Assembly (NCBI GenBank): GCA_024405635.1
Contig: JAKSOL010000006.1
Coordinates: 1-64,000 of the forward strand
Reading direction: 5' to 3'
Length of the DNA: 64,000 nucleotides
From: Salinivirgaceae bacterium
Lineage (GTDB): Bacteria > Bacteroidota > Bacteroidia > Bacteroidales > SZUA-534
The notes under the pieces were generated by a model that saw only the letters and a program-made list of their open reading frames with translations, was not told where the DNA came from and ran no database searches. Position numbers and translations under genes: made by a program. This document shows, piece after piece, positions 1 through 8,821 of this stretch. Each line of letters starts with the position of its first letter. Position 1 is the first letter of the stretch.

Positions 1-568
1 TGCCTATGTTTACGGCACCTGCCTTGTGTGCTGCAAGCTGAGGTGCAACGCCTTTGAGTGCCGATAGTGCCGCAACGGTAACTATCTCACGATCGGCAGC
101 AGAAAGCTGATCGCCAGCGAAGATGTCACCGAAAAGGTGTGCCTTCAGATAATAGTCGTTCTGAGGAGAGAACTCATTCTTTACAGGTCCGAATAGTTTT
201 GTCTGTACTTCTGTGCCGACTTCAAGAGATTTCTTTGCGTCCTCCCAAATTGCTGGGCGAACCCAAGGCTTGCCTTCATTGTACTTGCCGTTTCCTGATT
301 CTATCACTTTGCTCAATACTCCGAGAGCGTTCAAAGAGCGTGGGAATCCTGTATAAGCATAGAGTTGAGAGAATGCTTCTTTGATTTCATTGATTGTTAC
401 ACCACCATCAAGAGCTGCCTTAATAGCAGGTTCAAGACGAATGAGATCGCCCTGTGCTTCAAGAGCGGCGATAGTAGCCAAATGCTTCTGACGATCAGAA
501 AGCGATTGTGCTGATATTGTAGTTACCATAGTGAATAGAATTAAAGGAATTGTGAATAATTTTTTCAT
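1..568 (-). CDS. Carboxymuconolactone decarboxylase (CMD/AhpD-like) family protein with signal peptide; runs off the window start
   Basis: Manual translation from ATG at 568 gives MKKLFTIPLILFTMVTTISAQSLSDRQKHLATIAALEAQGD...EIKEAFSQLYAYTGFPRSLNAL, the CMD 'QLYAYxGFPRSLNAL' motif. Not in the ORF track because the stop lies outside the window. Confidence 0.8.
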   Translation of the reverse strand, partial: MKKLFTIPLILFTMVTTISAQSLSDRQKHLATIAALEAQGDLIRLEPAIKAALDGGVTINEIKEAFSQLYAYTGFPRSLNALGVLSKVIESGNGKYNEGKPWVRPAIWEDAKKSLEVGTEVQTKLFGPVKNEFSPQNDYYLKAHLFGDIFAGDQLSAADREIVTVAALSALKGVAPQLAAHKAGAVNIG

Positions 569-714
569 CGTTTTATATTTTGTTTATTAACGACTACAAA
601 ATTACTCACAATATTTATAATATAGCATACCCGAATTTTGGGAGTTGTAACCAATTTTTGGGAAATCAATTTATTTGCATGTCTAAAATACGAGGAATTA
701 TATGCTGCGAAGTA

Positions 715-1683
715 CTACAATGCAGCATTAAACAGCCAACCGAGTAGAATGATTGCTATGGATACAGTGCCGAAGAAAATGCCGATGAGCTTCATGTTCA
801 TGACCTTCTTGAGCATAGTGGCTTCGGGGAGCGAGAGTCCTACTACTGACATCATGAAGGCGAGTGCTGTACCGAGGCTTACTCCTTTGGCTACGAAAAC
901 TTCGACAACAGGCACAATGCCTGCAGCATTGGCATACATGGGTACGGCGAGGATGACGGCAAGTGGTACTGCATACCAGTGTTCACCGCTGAGATACTCC
1001 TCGAAGAACCCTTCGGGTACGTAGCCGTGCATAGTGGCTCCGATGGCAATACCGATGATGACGTAGAGGATTACACCACGAATGATGCCAATGGCTTCCT
1101 TGATGATCTGTGGCATTCGCTGAAGGAGAGTGAGTTTTTCGACGGTCAATTCCTCTTGAGCACCATTTGCCATCTGCTGGATTTGCAATACCCAAGGACT
1201 AAGATTCTCCTCCAGCTTCATCTTGCCAAGAATAAAACCGCCAATAGTGCCAAGAAGTATGCCGCTGACAACGTAGATGGCCGTCACCTTCCAGCCGAAT
1301 GTTCCGGCAAACATTGCCACTGCTACTTCATTGACAAGTGGCGAAGTTATAAGGAAAGAGAACGTCACACCCAATGGAATACCGCCCTTAACAAAACCGA
1401 TGAACAACGGAATCGAAGAGCAAGAGCAGAAGGGAGTGATGGCCCCAAAAAGCGATGCCAGGAGGTACTGCAATCCGTAAAGTTCGCGCGAATTGAGGAA
1501 GTTGCGCAGTCGCTCCACAGGGAAGTAGGCATTGACTACGCCCATCACTGTGCTGATGAGGAAGAGCAGCAGCACTATCTTCAGCGAGTCATAGACGAAG
1601 AAGTTCAGTGCTTCGCCCAAGCGTGTTGTTGCATCTATGCCGAAGAGGTCATAGATTAGAAAATCAGCAAATTGTTGTATCAT
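715..1683 (-). CDS. ArsP/DUF318-family permease
   Basis: TPFCSCSSIP and VVGLSLPE motifs, multiple TM segments, ars context; start placed at MIQQFADF. Confidence 0.85.
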   Translation of the reverse strand: MIQQFADFLIYDLFGIDATTRLGEALNFFVYDSLKIVLLLFLISTVMGVVNAYFPVERLRNFLNSRELYGLQYLLASLFGAITPFCSCSSIPLFIGFVKGGIPLGVTFSFLITSPLVNEVAVAMFAGTFGWKVTAIYVVSGILLGTIGGFILGKMKLEENLSPWVLQIQQMANGAQEELTVEKLTLLQRMPQIIKEAIGIIRGVILYVIIGIAIGATMHGYVPEGFFEEYLSGEHWYAVPLAVILAVPMYANAAGIVPVVEVFVAKGVSLGTALAFMMSVVGLSLPEATMLKKVMNMKLIGIFFGTVSIAIILLGWLFNAAL

Positions 1684-1687
1684 AATG

Positions 1688-2419
1688 CTATGCGATAAGG
1701 ATTGTGTAACAGTAATAAGCACCTACGCCGATGAACAGTACGGCGACGATGCGGTTGAACCACAGCTGCAAGAGGGTTACCTTGCTCATGAACGTGCTAA
1801 GCGAATTGATGCTATAGGCAAATACCCATGCCACCACGAGCACAGGAAGCGCCGTTGCTATGGCGAAAACCAACGGAAGCAGATAACCAGTGGCTGCTTC
1901 TGCAGACATTGGGATGAGCATTCCGAAGAAGAGCAATCCACTTGTTGGGCAGAACGCCATGGCGAAGAGTATTCCCAATACTAAGCTACCCCATGCTCCA
2001 GAGTATGTGCCACTCATATTGCCGCTAAACCCGAACTTCGGCAGATGCAGTTTGTCACCAAAGAGCATGAACAAGCCGATGAGGATAAGCGCAGGGCCAA
2101 GGATGAGTTCGCCCCATTCGCTGATGACCTGCTGAAGCCCGAAGGTGTCGGCTCCCTGTCTTATTATATAAATAAGGAGTGCGCCAAGGAGCGTGTAAGC
2201 CAGAATGCGACCGAGAGTGTAGAGAATGCCACTCCATAACACTCGTCTTTGTGCATTGCCTTTACTGTCATTACTCTCCATGCAGCCGCGGGCGATGTAA
2301 CCAACGGCGGTCACGTTGGTAGCCAAAGGACAAGGACTCAGGGCGGTAAGCAATCCTAAAAGGAATGCCGAGATGGCCGGTATCTGACTATTGTCTATCA
2401 ATTGGTTTAGAAAGTCCAT
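1688..2419 (-). CDS. ArsG-family (CcdA/DsbD-like) membrane protein
   Basis: SPCPLATN and AFCPTSG cysteine motifs in TM helices. Confidence 0.8.
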   Translation of the reverse strand: MDFLNQLIDNSQIPAISAFLLGLLTALSPCPLATNVTAVGYIARGCMESNDSKGNAQRRVLWSGILYTLGRILAYTLLGALLIYIIRQGADTFGLQQVISEWGELILGPALILIGLFMLFGDKLHLPKFGFSGNMSGTYSGAWGSLVLGILFAMAFCPTSGLLFFGMLIPMSAEAATGYLLPLVFAIATALPVLVVAWVFAYSINSLSTFMSKVTLLQLWFNRIVAVLFIGVGAYYCYTILIA

Positions 2420-2425
2420 CTGCGT

Positions 2426-2860
2426 TTACCTTATTGCTTTCACAACCTTATCTTTCAACTCCTTGCGGAACCCTTCGCCATTCGTTCTTGCATTGGCAAA
2501 AGCAAAGCGAGTGAGATTTTCTGCGCCCTTTGGTGTAACAACGAAGAGGGAAGAGAATGTCACCTTGTACTTGGCTGCAATCTTCTTGCCCTCCTCCGTC
2601 GAGAAGTCAACGACGTGGAACTTCACCTTGCCAGCCTTCACCTGCTTTGCCAATTCGCCCTCCACGAGAGCCTTTGTCTCTTTCTCTATTGCTATACAGG
2701 TCATGCACCGCTGCTTGCCGTGGAAGTAGATAATTTCAACTGGCGATGCATTCTTTGCAACGCTTTCAGACTTTGTCTCTGGTGCGTTATTACTAGAACA
2801 AGCGCTGATAGTGGCTGAAGAAAAAAGGACAGCCATCATGATAATTGTGATCTTTTTCAT
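2426..2860 (-). CDS. ArsF-family thioredoxin-like lipoprotein
   Basis: Lipobox (ISAC), YFHGKQRCMTC CxxC motif. Confidence 0.8.
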   Translation of the reverse strand: MKKITIIMMAVLFSSATISACSSNNAPETKSESVAKNASPVEIIYFHGKQRCMTCIAIEKETKALVEGELAKQVKAGKVKFHVVDFSTEEGKKIAAKYKVTFSSLFVVTPKGAENLTRFAFANARTNGEGFRKELKDKVVKAIR

Positions 2861-2890
2861 GTCTTTTCAATATTACCAATTCATTTAACA

Positions 2891-2922
2891 AACTCCTCCC
2901 CTGGGGGAGGTTGGGAGGGGTT
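2891..2922. repeat. GC-rich palindromic REP-like element (intergenic copy, opposite orientation to the coding copies)
   Basis: aactcctcccctgggggaggttgggagggg; its reverse complement resembles the copies at 4194-4270 and 5131-5206. Confidence 0.6.
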
Positions 2923-3153
2923 TTATTTCAAAATCTCCAGCAACTCCTTCTCGTTCTTCTGACCGCGAGCAACAACCTCGCCATCCACCACCAACGCCGG
3001 CAGCGACATCACGTTGTACTGCATCACCTCCATAATGTCGTCCACCTTTTCTACGGTGGCATCAATCTGGTTGTTCTTTACTACTGCCTCTACGAGCGAA
3101 GCAAACTTCTGGTTGCAAGCGCATGCGCTTACCAATACTTTGATCTGTTTCAT
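2923..3153 (-). CDS. Small redox-active thioredoxin-like protein (MTH895-type)
   Basis: VEKVDDIMEVMQYNVMSLPALVVDGEVVARG motif; start placed at MKQIKVL; CAC in place of the usual CxxC. Confidence 0.8.
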   Translation of the reverse strand: MKQIKVLVSACACNQKFASLVEAVVKNNQIDATVEKVDDIMEVMQYNVMSLPALVVDGEVVARGQKNEKELLEILK

Positions 3154-3235
3154 AATCTGTCTGCCTCCTCTTAACTCTTCCATCCAGGGATGAGAACCGC
3201 AACAAGGCTCGGGTTATATTATTGATGTCTATAAT

Positions 3236-3253
3236 TCGCAAAACTACGAACAT
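3236..3253. promoter_or_regulatory. Putative ArsR operator overlapping a TAnnTTTG -7 box
   Basis: ttcgcaaaactacgaacat, nearly identical to the boxes upstream of arsR. Confidence 0.55.
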
Positions 3254-3330
3254 ATAGCTTTTAAGAAAACCCTCGAAGGTAATAACGAGGGTACAACTAG
3301 GTCAAAGAGTGCGTTTTGGGATAGGACAAA

Positions 3331-3660
3331 TTACTTGCAGCAATCCTCTTTCTTCTCGCACAATTCCATGTTGAAGAATTCTGCAAACAACTGCTGAGCA
3401 TACGCCCAGTTCTCGCGGTTGATACAATACTTCACCTTAGGCGTCTCTATCTCCCCTTGTATCAAGCCGGCATCCTTCAATGCTGACAGGTGCTGACTTA
3501 CCGTTGCCTTGGCAATAGGCAGCTCTTCGTGGATGTCGCCAAAGTAACACGCATCCTGCTTTGCCAGGAACTTCATGATAGCGATGCGAGCCGGATGCCC
3601 GAGAGCCTTGGCAAATCCCGCCAGTGTCTCCGTCTTAATGCAATACTTCTTTTCTGCCAT
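3331..3660 (-). CDS. arsR: ArsR/SmtB family transcriptional repressor
   Basis: KALGHPARIAI, ATVSQHL..LKDAGLI, C-terminal CC. Confidence 0.92.
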   Translation of the reverse strand: MAEKKYCIKTETLAGFAKALGHPARIAIMKFLAKQDACYFGDIHEELPIAKATVSQHLSALKDAGLIQGEIETPKVKYCINRENWAYAQQLFAEFFNMELCEKKEDCCK

Positions 3661-3685
3661 AATAAGCGTTGTTTTAATTTTCTGT

Positions 3686-3742
3686 TTGCAAAATTACGAA
3701 CAATATTTTAAATCAACAAATGTTTGTTCGTATTTTTACGAT
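3686..3742. promoter_or_regulatory. arsR promoter with inverted operator pair
   Basis: gcaaaattacgaacaa ... ttgttcgtatttttac inverted repeat; contains TAATTTTG on the minus strand. Confidence 0.6.
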
Positions 3743-3750
3743 TAATTAAC

Positions 3751-3803
3751 AAAAAAGCCTCATTCATCAATTCTTTAGACGAAAGAATAGTGATGAATGA
3801 GGC
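3751..3803 (-). terminator. Intrinsic terminator after the monooxygenase gene
   Basis: gcctcattcatca...tgatgaatgaggc stem with a U-tract on the minus strand. Confidence 0.7.
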
Positions 3804-3871
3804 AAAGTTATCTTTCTAGCAGTTTTTTAATCGTCAAATTTGTTGCGACAATTCTGTAGCTTCAAGTTCTA

Positions 3872-4327
3872 TTAGTTTGCTTTATTGAATATCAACGGCA
3901 GACATTCTGGTGCCATCTGACGCATATCCACGAGGTCAAGACCTTTCACCATGTGGAGGGTTCCTTGCTTGTAGGTTTGAAAATGCTCAGTTTTGATGTG
4001 GTGTTGGTATGCTTCCTGTGAGGCGTAGATTTCAAGAATGCGAATCTGGCAGTCGTTACGAAACTGTTGCATCGGGTAGATGCAGATCACTCCTGGTTCT
4101 TCCTTAACCGATGTTGCTCCAACATTGTGGGCAAACTCCAGATATTCCGTGAGGTATTCGGGATAAACCTCTATCTCGCTGATTCTGACTAAGACCCCCT
4201 CCGTCTCCCCCTTATATGGGGAGTGATCTTTGCCTCCCCATCCCTCCGTCTCCCCCGTAGAGGGGGAGTGTTGGGCATTAGTGTTGATACTAATCATAAG
4301 CAATAAAAAGGTGATGATTTTCTTCAT
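3872..4327 (-). CDS. Antibiotic biosynthesis monooxygenase (ABM/quinol monooxygenase) family, with signal peptide
   Basis: EEPGVICIYPMQ...IRILEIYASQEAYQHHIKTEHFQTYK. Confidence 0.85.
   Translation of the reverse strand: MKKIITFLLLMISINTNAQHSPSTGETEGWGGKDHSPYKGETEGVLVRISEIEVYPEYLTEYLEFAHNVGATSVKEEPGVICIYPMQQFRNDCQIRILEIYASQEAYQHHIKTEHFQTYKQGTLHMVKGLDLVDMRQMAPECLPLIFNKAN
4194..4270. repeat. In-frame doublet of palindromic repeat (45-nt period) inside the ABM gene
   Basis: ccctccgtctcccccttatatggggagtg and ccctccgtctcccccgtagagggggagtg. Confidence 0.8.
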
Positions 4328-5535
4328 TACTTTGCTTTCTTTACTCTATTCTCAATGTACATTCCCTTTGCAGGAACCTCCGCGAGTTTCTGGCCATTCA
4401 ATGCGTAGATGTTGTTCGACTTTGTCTGATTTGCAGAAATAGAGGCAACGCCTGTAGGTTTATCGAGAGAAAGCGTAATGCTTACCTCCCCTGTTCCGAA
4501 GGCATCCTTCAGCTGCTGCTTGGTCATTCCTTCAATCTTGCCAATAGGTGTGTATTCCCATGAGTTGCTGTCGAAGAAGATGCAAAGCTGATTACTTGTG
4601 TAGAGCATTATGTCGCCTGGCTCTGTGGTGATGTAGGTGTCGTTGGAGGGAAGCGAGAAACCGAGTGCTCCCACCTTCTCAAAACCACCGTAATCATGAG
4701 CATTGTATGTCACCGCACCACCTTTCAATCGTTCAACCAATGCCTTTGTTGCAGCATTGTCTGCAAGCGTCACCTTCATGGTGCTGTTATTTACTTTCAG
4801 ATTCATTGTGTTATCATTTTGAACTTGTCCTGAGTCAGTCGAAGGATTATCGTTGAAATTTACATCTTTCAGCCATTGTTCCAAGAGGGCTTTGCGCTGT
4901 GAATGTTTCGAAGCATTTATCCAAAGGCTCTTGGCGTAGAACTTACCATTGGGAACGAGACGTTTTGCATCTGCTTCCACACCGCTGATACCGCTGCTAT
5001 GGCTGCTAACAACAAGACCTATATTCTTGCCAGCCATTTCATTACCATGTTTGAAGAGGAATGTCTGCATGTTGCTCGCCATCTGACTCCACCAAAGAGG
5101 GGTAGCGATGATGACGGTGTTGTACTTGCGGACCCCCTCCAGTTCCCCCATAGAGGGGGAGTGTCCATCACTTTCCCATCCCTCTGGCACACCATAAGGG
5201 AAAGAGATTTCTATTTCAGGATAACTACTTTCGCTGTTCGGATTGCTCTTGATTTTGTTCAGCTGCTCTGTACCTATGGCGTAACCATTTGCCTCGTACT
5301 TGAGCGTCTTGTCCACAGGTTCAACCTCGATGACGTCTGCATTGATGAGGGTGCGAAGATCTGCCACAATCTGCTCCGTATGGTTGGTATAGCTGTAATA
5401 CACAATCAATGTCTTGTTGTCGCCATTGGCTGAATTATTGTTTGCAGGAGGCATGGCATTGAGTTCCTCACTCTGACAAGCCATCATGAAGAAAGACATG
5501 ATAACTATATAAAGATGTGAAATATAATTCTTCAT
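4327..5535 (-). CDS. Lipoprotein: flavodoxin + cyclophilin-like fold + short C-terminal sorting-like tail
   Basis: Lipobox MMAC; LIVYYSYTNHT and IATPLWW (flavodoxin); DYGGFEKVG..PGDIMLY..QLCIFF..NSWEYTPIG (cyclophilin-like); IYALNGQK..KGMYI tail. Confidence 0.8.
   Translation of the reverse strand: MKNYISHLYIVIMSFFMMACQSEELNAMPPANNNSANGDNKTLIVYYSYTNHTEQIVADLRTLINADVIEVEPVDKTLKYEANGYAIGTEQLNKIKSNPNSESSYPEIEISFPYGVPEGWESDGHSPSMGELEGVRKYNTVIIATPLWWSQMASNMQTFLFKHGNEMAGKNIGLVVSSHSSGISGVEADAKRLVPNGKFYAKSLWINASKHSQRKALLEQWLKDVNFNDNPSTDSGQVQNDNTMNLKVNNSTMKVTLADNAATKALVERLKGGAVTYNAHDYGGFEKVGALGFSLPSNDTYITTEPGDIMLYTSNQLCIFFDSNSWEYTPIGKIEGMTKQQLKDAFGTGEVSITLSLDKPTGVASISANQTKSNNIYALNGQKLAEVPAKGMYIENRVKKAK
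5131..5206. repeat. Second in-frame doublet of the same palindromic repeat (45-nt period) inside the flavodoxin domain
   Basis: accccctccagttcccccatagagggggagtg followed by degenerate cccatccctctggcacaccataagggaaagag. Confidence 0.7.
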
Positions 5536-5551
5536 GTGATATTCTTGTTAA

Positions 5552-6448
5552 TTATGCCGCTCTCCATTGTGTAGGAGTCTTTCCTGTCAGAGCTTTGAAG
5601 AAGCGGACAAAATGTTGGGGGTATTCAAAGCCAAGGCGTTGGCTTATCTGTGTAACTGTTAATGTGTCTGACTGAAGCAGTTCTTTTGCCTTCTGAAGCA
5701 TGCGTTCATTGATAATGTCCTTCGCTGTACGTTCTGTCTCTATTTTTACCAGAGTACCGAAGTAACCTGTTGAGAGACAGCATTTGTCGGCAAAGTAAGC
5801 TACCGTTGGTAAGCCTTCTTTCTCTGCTTTGTTTGCCAAGTAATCATCAAGCAGCGTCACGAACTTCTTCACAACCGAGTGGTTGATTTCCTCGCGAGTG
5901 ATGAACTGACGGTCGTAGAAGCGGAGGCAGTAGTTGAGGAGAAGTTCGATGTTTGAGACAATGAGGTCGCGCGAATGCTTGTCTATGGCGTGATGCAGTT
6001 CGTGATCAATCATTGAGAGTACTCCACGGAACACATCTATCTCTTGCTGCGAAAGGTGGAGTGCTTCGGTACTCTTGTAGCCGAAGAACTCATAACGGCT
6101 GATGTTGCGACCGAGGTTGGTTCGCTTGAGCAAATCGGGATGGAAGACGAGTGCCGTCCAACGTGGGAAGACGCGGACGCCACCATACAGTTCCTGCTGA
6201 ACGTGTAGCACCTGACCGGGTTCGAAGGACGTGATGGTCATCTCGTCGAAGTCGTATTCCGTACGGCCATAGAACATCTTGCAACCCTTGTTCTCCTTCA
6301 GGAAGAGCGCATAAAGACCATAGTGAACCATGCACTCCTCAAAGGGTTCTTCCCTGTCGAAATGCACCACGCTCACCAACGGGTGAAACGTCTCAAAACC
6401 ATAGTAGTCGTTGAACTCCTGTACGGAGTTTAAATATAAATCCTGCAT
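5552..6448 (-). CDS. AraC family transcriptional regulator
   Basis: LGFEYPQHFVRFFKALTGKTP HTH; HPLVSVV N-terminal motif of Bacteroidetes AraCs. Confidence 0.92.
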   Translation of the reverse strand: MQDLYLNSVQEFNDYYGFETFHPLVSVVHFDREEPFEECMVHYGLYALFLKENKGCKMFYGRTEYDFDEMTITSFEPGQVLHVQQELYGGVRVFPRWTALVFHPDLLKRTNLGRNISRYEFFGYKSTEALHLSQQEIDVFRGVLSMIDHELHHAIDKHSRDLIVSNIELLLNYCLRFYDRQFITREEINHSVVKKFVTLLDDYLANKAEKEGLPTVAYFADKCCLSTGYFGTLVKIETERTAKDIINERMLQKAKELLQSDTLTVTQISQRLGFEYPQHFVRFFKALTGKTPTQWRAA

Positions 6449-7551
6449 TATTTCAAGTTTACATTAAAGAACTGCTCCAACTTCTCCCAAGGAATAACCT
6501 TGTCCTTACCACCATCGTATAGGTCGCAGTGCGAGGCCCCCGGGATTATCATAAGTTCCTTGTTTTCAGGCATGGGATTTGGCTTGCGGACAAAATCGTA
6601 ACCCTCTGCCTTGCCGGTTGTCATATACTCGTAAGCATTCTCGCCGAAATAGCGTGAGTGTGCCTTCTCTCCGTGAACGATGAGCACGGCATTGCGAATC
6701 TCATTGATATAATAAAGGAAGCGAGTGTTGGCGTATGCCTGACAGCCGAAGGTGTGCCAGCCGTCGTTTGAGTTGCCCGAGCGGACGTGATAGCCACGTG
6801 GAGTCTTGTAATAATCGTAGTAATCCTTCACGAACTGCGGAGCATCCTCGGGAAGTGGGTCCACAACGCCACCTCCTGCAGTAGTCTTGCCCGACTGCGA
6901 CGCCTTGATGCGCTCATCAGCCATCGCCTTGCGCGCGTTGAAACGAGCCTCCTCGCTGTCGGCGCTGTCGAAATAGCCGTTGCCGTTCACGCGACTCATA
7001 TCGTACATTGTCATCACGGCAGTAGCCTTTATTCTAGGATCTATGGCAGACGCATTCAATGCGATACCGCCCCAACCGCAGATACCAATGATGCCAATTT
7101 TGTCTGCGTCAACGTCCTCACGCATAGAGAGATAGTCAACGGCGGCCATAAAATCCTCGGTGTTGATATCGGGCGACGTTGTGCGACGGGGCTCTCCCGA
7201 CGACTCGCCTGTAAACGATGGGTCGAAAGCCATAGCCACAATACCGCGCTCGGCCATCCTCATAGCGTAAAGTCCTGAGCACTGTTCCTTTACGGCGCCG
7301 AAAGGTCCGCAAACCGCAATCGCCTTCATCTTTCCGTCAGCGTTTTTGGGAGTGTAGAGGTCGGCCGAAATCTCGAAACCGTACTGAGTCTGATACTTCA
7401 CCTTCTGATGATTTACCTTGTCGCTGAGAGCGAAAGTCTTGTCCCACTCCTGCGAGGTCTGTGAATTCTGCATATCCATTTCCTGATTCTGTTTTGGGGC
7501 GCAGGCACTCAAAAGGAGCGCCGAAATCGCCATTGTTACTAACTTTTTCAT
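6448..7551 (-). CDS. Alpha/beta hydrolase lipoprotein (YcjY-like)
   Basis: GPFGAVKEQ, GICGWGG nucleophile elbow, HCDLYD; lipobox LSAC; TAACTTTG box at 7561-7568. Confidence 0.88.
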   Translation of the reverse strand: MKKLVTMAISALLLSACAPKQNQEMDMQNSQTSQEWDKTFALSDKVNHQKVKYQTQYGFEISADLYTPKNADGKMKAIAVCGPFGAVKEQCSGLYAMRMAERGIVAMAFDPSFTGESSGEPRRTTSPDINTEDFMAAVDYLSMREDVDADKIGIIGICGWGGIALNASAIDPRIKATAVMTMYDMSRVNGNGYFDSADSEEARFNARKAMADERIKASQSGKTTAGGGVVDPLPEDAPQFVKDYYDYYKTPRGYHVRSGNSNDGWHTFGCQAYANTRFLYYINEIRNAVLIVHGEKAHSRYFGENAYEYMTTGKAEGYDFVRKPNPMPENKELMIIPGASHCDLYDGGKDKVIPWEKLEQFFNVNLK

Positions 7552-7638
7552 ATCTGACGGCAAAGTTACAGACAAAAGCACTCCGGCTTGCTACCAAAAT
7601 TTTGGGTAAGATTACCAGTTTTGAATGACGATAGAACT

Positions 7639-7885
7639 ATGGCTATAAAAGATGATAATGGAAACGAAACGAATATTAAGATATTTGAGGGCAACAGAGG
7701 CAAAGAGAGCAAAAGTTGGGAGTCTACTAAACAAATGGCTTTTGATTTAGACAAGGCGGGAGTGGGGGTGTGTTCCTTCCTGAATACAGCGGCAAAACCA
7801 GTGCCGATAGTCTATTAAAAGTGGGCAAGTCGTATAAAATTGCTGATTTTAAGTACGTAACAACTAATAAACTAAACACTTTAGC
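7639..7885 (+). pseudogene. Frameshifted fragment resembling a PD-(D/E)xK nuclease toxin domain
   Basis: MAIKDDNG...DKAGVG, then after a frameshift near 7770 VFLPEYSGKTSADSLLKVGKSYKIADFKY. Confidence 0.35.
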
Positions 7886-8070
7886 GCCAATACTTGAACG
7901 ACCCACGTAAACTATTCCGCAGAGTCAAGGACAAGACAACTGGCGAATACAAGTTGAGCAAGGCGGCATAGCAGTATCATCCAGGACGGGGCAAATACCG
8001 AAGCAGTTACATGAACGCAAGGCGGCTTATGGTGTCCGAGATGAATATGGCTACCCAAGCGGCATTCATA
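7885..8070 (+). pseudogene. Fragment of a Bacteroidales phage head morphogenesis (MuF/gp7-like) protein
   Basis: RQYLNDPRKLFRRVKDKTTGEYKLSKAA*QYHPGRGKYRSSYMNARRLMVSEMNMA with an in-frame TAG at 7969-7971. Confidence 0.55.
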
Positions 8071-8192
8071 GCGTTTGCTACTCCGTTTTTGTCGTATGTG
8101 CCGATAATCAGCACGGGTTGTGGTGCTAACCACGGTTTTGGTGCAAATGATTTCATATTTGATTCTGTTTTATTAAATAATCTGATAATCTG

Positions 8193-8729
8193 TCATTTGG
8201 ATAGATGGTATTCATTGCTGCCATCTTGTACATCAAGTAACATGATGTACTCTTCTTCGTTTTCGCTCACGATCCTGAACCCCAACTTTTGGTACCATTG
8301 AGCAGCATAGTTTGCTTTCTGAACCGAGAGTGACAGTTGCTTGTATCTTTGGTCACGCAATTCTTTGATCATGGCCTTCATCAGTAGAGTTCCAATGCCA
8401 TGCTTTCGATACTCTCTTCGCATCGAGATTGCCAATGATGGTGTTTCGTTATCTATGTGTCCATAATCGTCCATAATCCGCACCCACGCGGCACCGATTA
8501 ACGCATTGTCTGTTTCAGCGACAAAACAGATGTCACCATTCTGCTTACCAAACGAATCAATGTATATTTGCAATTCCGGTTTGTAGATAATATCAAATGG
8601 GGGAGGTTCTACCCCCTCTGGAATGAAGATTGCTTCGTAAAGGAAAGCCTCTAATGCTTGATACTCGCTTTCTTTTATCTTGCGTATCACAATAGGCGTT
8701 CGTAGCTTATGCTCTTTTTGTTGCTTCAT
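8193..8729 (-). CDS. GNAT family N-acetyltransferase
   Basis: EYRKHGIGTLLM, SLSVQKANYAAQWYQKLGF. Confidence 0.9.
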   Translation of the reverse strand: MKQQKEHKLRTPIVIRKIKESEYQALEAFLYEAIFIPEGVEPPPFDIIYKPELQIYIDSFGKQNGDICFVAETDNALIGAAWVRIMDDYGHIDNETPSLAISMRREYRKHGIGTLLMKAMIKELRDQRYKQLSLSVQKANYAAQWYQKLGFRIVSENEEEYIMLLDVQDGSNEYHLSK

Positions 8730-8762
8730 ATTTGATATTTTTTATAATTTACTGTTGTCTTC

Positions 8763-8821
8763 TTCCGTCACGACTCGGCAAAATCAATGCGAGCATTGCT
8801 TCTGCTCTCACTGCTTCGGAA
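8763..8821. repeat. Imperfect hairpin resembling Prevotella-type intergenic palindromic repeats
   Basis: ctcggcaaaatcaatg-cgag-cattgcttctgctctcac; overlaps the stop codon of the 8808-9116 gene. Confidence 0.4.

Noticed and set aside
979-1659. 226-aa + strand ORF and the many other antisense ORFs in the track
   Set aside because: Shadow frames of well-supported genes on the opposite strand, with no recognisable motifs.
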